Below are positions 53,813-64,000 of a DNA stretch of 64,000 bases, in pieces. Within the stretch, counting starts at the first letter, position 1, and each line of letters opens with the position of its first letter. The stretch is from Blasia pusilla (lineage: Eukaryota): contig CM114271.1 in assembly GCA_050084515.1 (NCBI GenBank), forward strand, positions 40,610,001 to 40,674,000, in the 5' to 3' direction. The translations under genes and the position numbers were made by a program. A model generated the notes under the pieces. It was given only the letters and a program-made list of their open reading frames with translations, ran no database searches and had not been told where the DNA came from.

Positions 53813-54720
53813 AGTATTCGGGTGTTGGATCTCTTTGGAGGGATCAACACTGGGTTAGCTGCTGTTTTGCAGGCAAGAATACGCATGCAAAAATACCTAT
53901 ATGTGGAGATTGATGATGTTGCGAGGCGCGCTTCACTTCACCATGTGGCGCAGTTACGCCTCAATTTTCCCGACTTATTGTTTGCGTCCGCTGTCTAGGG
54001 ATACAAGAGTTTCCTACCAAGGGACATTTCATTGTTGGGGGCGCAGGACTTGGACCGGGTAGGGGCCATAGATTTGGTCATTGCTGGTTGGTCGTGTCAG
54101 GGCCAATCAAGTGCTGGACGAGGAAACTGATGCTGATTTTTTGAAACTTGCAGGAGCATCAGTTTCGTTCTCCAGCATACAATCTCGAGAATATGCCGAT
54201 TTTGGGTGATTTGAGGTCTCGCGTGGTGTAGATTGCACATCAAGTGCGCCCATGGATTGGCCGGTCAATTTTGTTGGATGCGGCGAGTGTGGGTTCACGA
54301 GCACATTGCCCGCATCTTTGGTGGACCAACTAGGTACCACACGAGGTGTTTCCGAGGGCATATGCCAAAATGGAGCGCCCCTCGGATTTTTTGGTGGATT
54401 CTATATTGGATCCGGGCCGTCTATCATAGGCAGTGAGGCTAGATGATCAACCGCCGTTGACTGTGGTCAACAGGATTGGCATGCCACAAGCAACCTTTCC
54501 CACATTGGTGAGTTTTCTCGCTTCCTATGCATTCAAGGAGGCCGTACCTAGCTTGGTTTGGGATGACCAGGAACAGAAGTTGGTGGAGCCCAACGCCGAT
54601 GAGTGAGAGCGAGCGATGGGATTCCCCACAAGAGTGACGGCAATACTGTCACTATCAGAGGCATCACGACGTCATGTCTTGGGTTAGGCGATGGACCTGA
54701 ACTGCTTGACATGGATTTTC
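53813..54720 (+). pseudogene. C5-cytosine DNA methyltransferase domain (DNMT3-like motif pattern) embedded in retrotransposon pol
   Basis: Motif I IRVLDLFGGI; II YVEID; III PRDI; IV DLVIAGWSCQG (Cys codon 54095-54097); VI YNLENMP; VIII DAASVGSRAHCPHLWWTN; IX E*ERAMGFP; X RRHVLG*AMDLNC. Motifs are in canonical order, with several stops and a small deletion/frameshift after motif IV. Confidence 0.88.
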
Positions 54721-57700
54721 AGCTTAGGAGTAGCTGAGCAACATGGTTTGAGGATGTGACAGATCACACCAGTTGCGTTGGTGATCCCCATGCCTACCGA
54801 GACGGTTATGGGAGGAGCTGGGGACGAGATCCGAGGAAATCGACACACCAAGGATGATCGGGAAAGACACCCTTGGACTTCTTGGGATGTTTTGCAGGTA
54901 TGTTAAGAGATGGTAGCCACAATATCCACTTTTGTAGTTGGATGCAAGGGAGCAGTCGAGTTTTGTTGTCCGAGACGGGGTTGCACCATAGCAACCACCG
55001 ACACCCGCGTCAGAGAGTCCTATTGTAGTCACGATGGAGACTTGGGAGACAGATATGGGCCCTAAGTTGACAGGAGGAGAGCGGCGCCGGATACACCAAT
55101 TCCTTAGGAGTTATAGGAGTTGTTTTGCATTTAGTATGCATGATTTGGGTACGCTGAAGGGTCCAGGGATCCGCATTGAGTTGTTGATTGACACGTCGTT
55201 CTTCCGACAATCCTATAGGTACAATGACATGGAGAGGGCTCTGATTCAGAGTAGGATCTAGGGCTTGGTTGGAGCAAGACTAGTGGAGATGTCTCATGGA
55301 GAGTATGCATTTGCCATTTTCATGCCCGCCAAGAAGGATGTGCATGGCAACTTGACGAATAGCCAGATGTGTGGAGATTATCGACCTATCAATCGGCAGA
55401 CGAAGTCCGATAGGTATGCCATGCCCACTCTTGAGGAGATCTTTGATGCTATTGGGCATTCAAAGGTCTTCAGTTTGTGAGATCTTCGAGCCGGATACCA
55501 TCAACTGCCTATCAGATTGGGTGATAGGCAGAAGATGGCATTTTGGGGCATCGATCCTCATGGGAAGGATTGCTTGAACCAATGGTGGTTCTTACCATTT
55601 GGGTTAAAGAACGCCCTGGATGAGTTTCAGAGGGTCATGGATAGGATCTTGGCAGGTCTCAATTTTGGTAGGTGTTATATTGATGACAACGTAGTTTTTA
55701 GCGCCACGGTTGAGGAGCATGAGCAATATCTAGAGGAGGTGTTTCGACCATTGCAGTTACATGGGCTGAAGCTACATCTAGGCAAGTGCAAGTTCTTCTA
55801 CGACCAAATTGAGTACTTGGGTCATACGATATACCCAGGGGGCCTTGGTGTGCAACAGACGAAGGTAGAGGCTATTTCACGCATTCCATGCCCTAGAGAT
55901 GTGAGTGGAGTTCGTGCATTCATGGGATTGGCGAACTTCTATCGACAATACGTCAAGGATTTCAGTTCAATTGTGAAGCCGCTAACCTTGCTGACCAACG
56001 TGGATTAGGAGTGGCACTGGGGGGATGAGCAGCAGAGAGCATTTTAGTTGCTCAAGGATAGATTGACCTTCGTGACCATATTGAGGAGACCGATCAGGGG
56101 GCGCCCTTTCCAATTGCATACCGATTGGAGCATGTTGGGGCTTGGAGCTGTGCTCATCTAGCATGACAATGATGGTAGAGAGTTTGTGGTGGCTTACGCT
56201 AGTCGCTCAAATAACGCTGCAAAGGCGAAGTATAGCTGGTATGAGGATGAGTGCTTGGCTCTAGTGTGGGTTGTCGCACATTTCAGATGTTATCTATTCG
56301 GAAATCACTTTATCATCATTACTAATCATCAACCACTTAAGTGGTTGATGGAGTCCGACAAGCTTATAGGGAAGCTTGCGAGGCAGGCTCTTTCCTTGCA
56401 GGAGTATGACTTCCAGGTGGTGCATAGATCTGGGATGCTCAACCAAGATGCATATGGTTTGAGCCATAACCCATGCTCGAGTCAACGAGATGCGACTGGA
56501 GCTCGTTGGCATGGTGAGAGTGATGAGGAGTTGGTGCCAGGATGGCATGCGTCAACCTATTTGGGCTTGTTGGCTATAGAGAGCAAGATTGTTCACACTT
56601 CGATGGCGAGGTCAGATCGAGAGGCTGGTGAGGAGACAACAGGTGGCCGAGACATTCACGACGATGGAGTGGTCTTGGAGAACCTGCGTAGTGGCAGCAT
56701 CGCAAGCACAGTGGATGCTAGAGAGCGGGATCGGATCTTACAGCGAGCCAGACGGCTCTGATGGGAGGGGACACATGTGTTGCGAGTGTGTGTAGTGCCT
56801 TATCCTTTGCAGAGAGCACGTTTGGTGCGTCATGCTCATGAGGAGTTGGATCATTTTGGAGTGAAGCGGACATACACCTTGCTCCAGATTCTGTATTGGT
56901 GGCGAGGGATGCAAATTGACGTTCAGTAGTTTGTTGCCAGATGCATGGTGTGTGATTGAGTCTGAGCATTTTTCAATGCTCCGACTCCACATTTGCATCC
57001 ACTTCCCATCATGGGTTTAGGTTAAAGATGGAGTTTGGATTTTGTAGGACCTTTGCCTTTGACAGAGCACCATAGTCGCTATGAGTTGGTGATGGTCAAG
57101 CACTTCTCGAAGTGGATAGAGTTGGTTGCATATTCGGGAAAAGCGAGTGAGGGAGTAGCGTGTGCCTTCCTAGATTGGATGCTAAGTTATTACAATGCAC
57201 CAGCGGAGGTGTTGACAGACAAAGGTACAGAGTTCCGTGGGGAGTTTCAGGCCTTGTGTGATTAGGCACTGATCGACCACCGCACTACTTCGCGAGATCA
57301 TCTTGAGGCGGATGGACTAGCGGAGCGGGTTGTGCAAATGGTGAAGAGAGGACTACGCAGGTATGACTTGCACAGAGGTCACCTAGGACATTGGGACCTC
57401 CAGTTGCCGTGGTTGGTGATGGGATACATATTCAGCAAGTAGACATCCTTAGCGTCGTTCTCACCGTACTTGCTTTTGTATGGCCGAGAGCCAGATTTAC
57501 GTGTGGCCATTCGTCGAGATGTTGAACCTTGATGACCTTGATGTATGGATGCGAGCATGTTCTTAGAGGGCTGAGTTGTTTTGGAGAGTGATGCCCATGG
57601 CGTTGAGAACTTGGCGATTGCGCAACATCGGGATACATTGAGGTATGCAACTATTCGGGGAGGTGGTTATCAACCTACTATCTAGAGGTTTCATCATGGA

Positions 57701-57922
57701 GATTATGTCTACTTATAGCAGACAGAACCCTCAACGTTGGATGTGATTGCAGGGCGAACCATTTTGAGAGTGCGTGAGGTTTTGCCATTCGATGTTCTCT
57801 TATTGGAGGGACGTGATGGTATGGTTTGGAAGGACCATGTGCATAACTGTGCGCCATGTCATCTTTTGAACATTGAAAATACAGTTGACCCGAGCTTAGC
57901 AGTAGTTCCTACCGGCTTGCAG

Positions 57923-58063
57923 TGTATGTTGGGTGGTTTTGCCTGTGGTGCAGCCACTATGCTAGTCTATGATGGATGTTCGAGAGGATGGCATATGGCA
58001 TGTTTGACGCTACCTCTCACTAGGGTTCTTTAAGGATGATGGATGTATCTTAGATGTACATAG
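57923..58063 (+). pseudogene. PHD finger (C4HC3) at the integrase C-terminus
   Basis: CMLGG..ATMLVYDGCSRGWHMACLTLPLTRVL*G*WMYLRC. The inverted copy gives CMLCG..MLVYDGCSR*WHMACLTPPLTRVLQGRWMCLRC. Confidence 0.8.
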
Positions 58064-58346
58064 CGTAGATAGTTCTATATTCTTACTTATGTTTGTGACA
58101 TGGATGACAAGAAGGCGACCAACGATAGGGCCACATGAGCACTTGGCCTTCTTGCTCTTAACATTTGAGAGATGTATGTCATGGTAGGTAGGGATAGATG
58201 GCTATCTGGAGTTAGAGGGACCTAACCACGAGCTAGGGGGGCGATTGGAGATATTTTGGTACTTCTTGTCTCGTTGTTTGGATGCCATGAGTTAGCATGG
58301 GATTGTGCGTGTGTTTAGTGATAGCGATGTGTATACGCACGACAGC

Positions 58347-61300
58347 TGTCACGTCTGTTGTACGCATACACATCGCTACACAACATACATCATTGTCACC
58401 AAACACACACACAAACACGCACAATCCCATGCCAATTCATGGCATCCAAACAACGAGACAAGAAGTACCAAAATATCTCCCCCCTAGTTGGTGTTTAGGT
58501 CCCTCTAACTCCACATAGCCATCTATCCCTACCTACCATGATATACATCTCTCGGACGCTAAGAGCAAGAAGGCCGAGTGCTCATGTGGCCCCATCATTA
58601 GTCGCCTTCTTGTCATCCATGTCACAGACCCAAGTTGGAATGTAGAACTATCTACTCTATGTACATCTGAGACACATCCATCGTCCTTGAAGAACCCTAG
58701 TGAGAGGTGGCGTCAAACATGCCATATGCCATCATCTCGAACATCCATCATAGACTAGCATAGTGGCTCCACCATAGGAGGAACCACACAACATACAACC
58801 CAAGCCTGTAGGAACTATTGCTAAGCTTGGATCAACTATATTGTCAATGTTTGGAAGATGACACGGCGCACAGTTACGCACATGGTCCTTCCAAACCATA
58901 CCATTGCGTCCCTCCAATAAGAGAATACCGGATGGCAAAACCTCACGCACTCTCAAGATGGTGCACCTTGCAATCACATCCAACATCGTGGGTGCCATCT
59001 GCTGCAAGTAGACATAGTATCCTTGATGAAACCTCCAGTTAATAGGTCGATAACCACCTCCCGGAATAGTCCCATACCTCAACGTATCCCCATGTTGCGC
59101 AATCGCCAAGTTCTCAAACACCATGGGCATCACTCTCCGAAACAACTCACCCCTCCGAGAACATGTTCGTATACATACATCAAGGTCATCAAGGTTCAAC
59201 ATCTCACCAACATCTTGACGAATGGCCGCAGGTAAATCTGGCTCTTGGCCACAAAGCAACAAGTACGGTGAGAAGGACGCTAAGGATGCCTGCCAGCTGA
59301 ATGTGTATCCCATCGCCAACCACGGCAAGTGAAGGTCCCAATCTCCTAGGTGACCTCTCTACAAGCCATACTTACGTAGTCCTCTCTTCACCGTCTGCAC
59401 AACTCGCTCCGCTAGTCCATCCGCCTCAATATGATCTCGCGAAGTAGTGCGGTGGTCGATCAGTGCCTAATCACACAAGGCTTGAAACTCCCCGCGGAAC
59501 TCTGTACCCTGGTTTGTCAACACCTCAGCTGGTGCACTATAATGACTCAACACTCAGTCTAGGAAGGCATACGCTACTCCCTCACTTGCTTTGTTAGGAA
59601 ATGAAACCAACTCTATCCACTTCGAGAAGTGCTCGACCATCACCAACACATAACGACTATGGCGCTCTGTCAAAGGCAAAGGTCCTGCAAAATTCATCTA
59701 TAACCTAAACCCATGATCGGAAGTGGATGCAACTATGGATTTGGAGCATTGAACGATGCTCGTACTTGATCACACATCATACATCTGGCAACAAAGTGCC
59801 GAACGTCAGACTGCATGTCTCGCCCCATCACTATTGAATTTGTAGCAAGATGTACGTCGCTTCACTCCAAAATGACCCAACTCCTCGTGGGCATGACTCA
59901 CCAAACGTGCTCTTTGCAAAGGATGAGGTACTACACGCACTCTACCATCCCCCCACACTCGTAACACATGTGTGCCTTCCCATCAGAACCGCCTGGCTCG
60001 TTGTAGGATCCGATCCTGCTCTCTAGCACCCATTGTGCTTGCAACGCTGCTAGTACGCAGGTACTTCAAGACCACTCCATCGTCGTGAATGTCTCGGCCA
60101 CCTGTTGTCTCCTCATCAGCCTCTGGATCTAAGGACTCTCCATCAGACCTCGCCATCGAAGTCTCAGCAATCTGGCTCTCCATAGCCAACAAGCCCAAAT
60201 AGGCTGATACATGCCATCTTGGCACCAACTCCTCATCACTCTCACCATGCCAACGATGTTGCGACCCTCATAACCAAACAACACCAAATACGCGCCAAGC
60301 GAAACATCAGAACTCAAAGGAACTCACGCCGCGAGGTTTGCGCTTTGGAGAGGCGTTTGGTAGAGTCTCTTGGAAAAGTCTAAGAGACGAAACGCGGAAC
60401 AGAGTTGTGCGTTTCATGCGTTAGTGGTCGCGACCAGGAAACCTAGACCAAACGCGAGCCGAGACTTGAGATGAGTTGAGTCTTGGAGGTTGGTTGCCAA
60501 AGAGGTGATAACCAGTTTGGAACATGACTAGCGTTTGGGAGAATCTGACTGTGTTTAGGACCATAACGTTGAGCTCCGAGATGCGTTTGGGACAACTAAG
60601 GGCGCGTTGGAAAGCTGATCTTGAGACGCTTCCAACGCACCAAAGATCTCAGCAAACGCATAAGTACAGGCTGAGATATTGGCCAAAAACGATTCAGAGA
60701 GCAATCGGGTTGAGGGCCAATTGGAGGGGCCCGGGTGTCTTTCCCTAAATGTAGGGGGCCCCCGGAGATCCCCAGAAGTACTAGTAAGGGGAGTACCTTC
60801 TCTGAGATGTCTCGGGAAACGAAACCCCACTTTGGGCGCCAAACGGCGTTTCAGAGGCACGGGATGAAACGGGAGTTTGGCGCGGAAACCCGAAACCCAA
60901 ACCTGATCCAAGGGAGTGGACTTTGTACGCCACACTTGGATTCCAACCCGAGATTCACTTCGTGCGAGTCTTGGTGAGGAACTCATTGGATGTTCATCGG
61001 ACAGTTGGAACCGCTAGGCGCGAAACGCCGTTTCAGGTTCCTGAACCGACCAGAAAGTCTATCCCAAGTCTTTCGAGGCTTGCCCGTGTTGGAAACCGCG
61101 AAACTAGGAAGGTTGAGCTTGAAGAGAGAGTCCGAGACGAGAACTCGGAAAGTAATCCCGCTGATTGATCCAAGACCCGACTAAATGAAGTGCGTGTTTG
61201 GATGCAGATCAGCGTTGAGAGCGTAACCTACTGAACGCACGCTTCCGCAACAAACAAGATTAACGTTCAAGGAGAGTAGGCGCACGACAAACGAGCTCTA

Positions 61301-62797
61301 GTCGTATCTCATTGACTCGGGCATGGGTTACGGCTCAAACCATGTGCATCGTGGTTGAGCATCCCAGTCTATGCACCATCTGGTAGTCGTACTCCTGCAA
61401 CAAAAGAGCCCACCTCGCAAGCTTCCCTATAAGCTTGTTGGACTCCATCAACCACTTAAGTGGTTGATGATCAGTAATGATGGTAAAGGGATTGGCAAAT
61501 AGATAACATCTAAAATGTGTGACAACCCACACTGATGCCAAGCACTCATCCTCATACGAGCTATACTTCGCCTCTACAGCATTGTTCAAGCGACTAGCGT
61601 AAGCCATCACGAACTCTCTACCATCATCATCATGTTGGGTGAGTATGGCTCCAAGCCCCAACGTGCTCCAATCGGTATGCAACTGGAAAGGACACCCCTT
61701 GATTGGTCTCCTCAATATGGGCAGGGACGTCAATCTGTCCTTGAGCATCTGAAATGCTCTCTCTTGCTCATCCTCCCAATGCCACTCCTTATCCACCTTG
61801 GTCATCAAGGTTAGCGGCTTCGCAATCAAACTGAAACCCTTGAGGTATTTTCGATAGAAGTTTGCCAATCCCAAGAATGCACCAACTCGATTCACATCTG
61901 TTGGGCGTGAAATAGCCTCTACCTTTGTCTGTTGCACACCAAGGCCCCCTGGGTATATTGTATGATCCAAGTACTCAATCTGGTCGTAGAATAACTTGCA
62001 CTTGCTTGGATGTAGCTTCAGCCCATGTAACTGCAATCGTCGAAACACCTCCTCTAGATGTCGCTCATGCTCCTCAACTGTGGCGCTAAACACTATGATA
62101 TCATCAATATAACACCTAACAAAATCGAGACCTACCAAGATCCTATCCATGATCCTCTGAAACTCAACCGGGGCGTTCTTTAACACGAATGGTAAGAACC
62201 GCCACTCGTACAAACAATCCTTCCTATAAGCATCGATGCCCCAAAATGCCATCTTCTGCATGTCTTCTAATCTGATAGGCAACTGATGGTATCCGGCTCG
62301 CAATCCAATGAACTAAAGACCTTTGCATGGCCAATCACATCAAAGATCTCCTCAGGGGTGGATATGGCATACCTATCAGACTTTGTTTGCTGATTGATAG
62401 GTCGGTAATCTCCACACATTCGCCTATCCGTCTAGTTGCCATGCACATCCTTCTTGGCAAGCATGATAGTGGCAAATGCATACTCTCCATGCGACATCTC
62501 CACTAGTCCTGCTCCAACCAAGTCCAGGCTCCTACTCTAAATCAGAGCCCTCTCCATGTCACTATACTTGTAGGATCGTCGAAAGATCAGAGTGTCACTC
62601 GACAACTCAATGCGGATCCCTCGACCATTCAACGTACCCAAATCATGCATACTAAATGCAAAACAGCTCCTATAACTCCTAAGGATCTGGTGTATCCGAC
62701 ACCGCTCTCATCCTGTCAACTTAGGGCCCATATCAGGCTCCCAAGTCTCCACCATGACTACGATAGGACTCTCCGGCGTGGATGTCGGTGGTTGCTA
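58347..62797 (-). mobile_element. Second, inverted copy of the PHD/DNMT gypsy family (RT-RH-IN-PHD-3' LTR); interrupted by a solo LTR and cut off just before the DNMT region
   Basis: ORFs 61335-62303 (RT/RH: CYIDDIIVFS, FQLHTDWS), 59983-60228 and 58732-59328 are collinear homologues of 54990-58345. LTR at 58347-58543 ends in CGTGACA on the minus strand. Confidence 0.9.
60257..61289 (+). mobile_element. Solo LTR, same subfamily as 38454-39484, inserted in the inverted gypsy pol
   Basis: TGTTGCGACCCTCATAACC...GCACGACA. TSD AACGA at 60252-60256 and 61290-61294. The host pol resumes on both sides. Confidence 0.92.
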
Positions 62798-63543
62798 CGT
62801 AACCATCCTTTGTTAGTCATAGTTAAGTTAGAATCTATGACATGAAGCGCATAAGTGAGAAAGAATCAACCAAAAAGAGAAAAAGACAAGATACATGAGA
62901 TAAAGATGAGAGTGGGGCCATAGGTTGGTGAAAAGGAAGATAAGGATGAGGTTGAGGAAGATGAGGTTGGGACATTAGACTCCAAAGGAGATCCTTTCAT
63001 GCTATGAGAGTAGGACATGTGGCATAAGGATAGGTAGAACTAATTTGTCTTCATTGTACCTATCTCTAAGTATATAAAGGAAGAGGAGAGGCCTTGAGAG
63101 CATTCTACCTTTGAGCAATTCTAGAGTGGTTCCGTGAGCTAGAGAGCTACAATGGTATCATAGCAAGGTTGATCTTTCAACGAGAGTGGATTATCCCTCT
63201 TGGAAGTATGACCAAGTAATGTTTTTTAACACTCGATGTATAGTCCATGTGGTTTGTCAACCTAAGATAGCATATAGAGAGTTTATGGTGAGGAAGTTTG
63301 GCCAAGAGTATTATGATAAAGTCATTACGTCAACACTGCCTTTTATAGTCCCTATTGTGCAAAATTGGCAAGTATATATCTTGATCTTATATTAGAGTGA
63401 TATTAAAGGGTTAGGGAAAAGTCGGAGCGATCATGGAAGAAACTTTGAGGGATATGATTCGTGAATTGAGAGAGTTGAGAGTTGTATTTGATTAAAGTCA
63501 AAACCAAGTCCAAGAATTAGCGCAAGAAGTTGCTTTGGTCAGA

Positions 63544-63580
<37 letters not shown>

Positions 63581-63859
63581 CCAATAGGTGGGATGGAGAC
63601 GGAAACCACGAGTGTCGTGACTTCTGGGAAGAGTAACGAAACCTTAAGGGCACGAGCATTGGAGGCCCAAGTAGCACAAAGAGTGATGGAGATGAATGCT
63701 CAAGCATCATTGATATTGAAAACGACAAAGGCATGCAAGGTAGAACCGTACAAAGGAAGTCGATCCATGGGGGTATTAGAGGGTTGGATCACTCGAATGG
63801 AAATCCATTTATCCCTTTTCAACATTGATGATCATATTGTAGGGATTGTTGCAATTTGA
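62798..63859 (+). mobile_element. 5' end of another LTR retrotransposon: ~350-bp LTR, PBS, gag fragment
   Basis: LTR (C/T)GTAACC...GCTACA at 62798-63151. PBS TGGTATCATAGC at 63153-63164. Gag-like KVEPYKGSRSMGVLEGWITRMEIHL. (GA)n tract at ~63549-63574. Confidence 0.7.
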
Positions 63860-64000
63860 GCAAAACCTTTGACAAATCTTTGATAGAATCCTGTAAATCC
63901 TAGAAAACTCTTCAATTGAGTTTGATCTTCATGTGCACTCCATTTTTGGATCGCTTATACCTTCTCACTCATCACTTGAATACCTTCTGCGCTTACTCGA
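63851..64000 (-). mobile_element. Gypsy RT/RNase H connection fragment on the minus strand
   Basis: RVSAEGIQVMSEKV*AIQKW..QLKSFLGFTGFYQRFVKGFAQIA. Confidence 0.75.

Larger units (their letters stand above)
49860..58346 (+). mobile_element. Decayed Ty3/gypsy retrotransposon with domain order gag-PR-DNMT-RT-RH-IN-PHD
   Basis: gag-like ~51100-52170 with knuckle-like CWSCGRPHH and CDY.QRYGHT..KC; protease RVLLDS(..)GAQP ~53085; DNMT 53813-54720; RT (MCGDYRPIN, PFGLKNA, CYIDD) 55034-55900; RNase H FQLHTDWS ~56105; integrase H-H-C-C and WSLDFVGP / LTDKGTEF / DGLAER 56830-57400; PHD 57923-58063; short 3' LTR from ~58177. No 5' LTR found, so the left boundary is approximate. Confidence 0.9.

Noticed and set aside
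53813-54720. Host DNMT3/DRM gene or bacterial restriction-modification methylase
   Set aside because: It has no introns, promoter, PWWP/UBA domains or partner nuclease. It is collinear with protease and RT and decayed to the same degree, and the motif order is not permuted as in DRM.
58233-58518. Mirror-image ORFs (MGLCV...) and a possible miRNA-like hairpin
   Set aside because: Fully explained by two inverted LTR copies meeting at ~58350.

Overview
Nuclear DNA of a plant. Intron-rich GT-AG genes, CRE-type non-LTR relics and a chromovirus suggest a non-seed land plant such as a bryophyte or lycophyte, but this is inference. Five host genes are recognisable. Two head-to-head pairs lie in the left half: an intronless uroporphyrinogen-III synthase facing a COQ11/At5g10730-like NAD(P)-binding protein, and a RUS3-like DUF647 gene facing OEP80/Toc75-V. 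The fifth is an organellar guanylate kinase with an uninterrupted ORF. The rest is a nested transposon landscape: a full-length chromodomain Ty3/gypsy element with LTRs, PBS, PPT and TSD; two solo LTRs and one internally deleted derivative of related families; CRE-clade non-LTR relics; a small Helitron; and LINE/LTR debris. The most striking element is a decayed Ty3/gypsy retrotransposon at about 49.9-58.3 kb. Its pol carries a DNMT3-like C5-cytosine methyltransferase between protease and RT, and a PHD finger after integrase. A second, inverted copy of the family is inserted at the tip of its 3' LTR, forming a multi-kb palindrome. All exon and motif coordinates were read by eye and may be off by a few bases.
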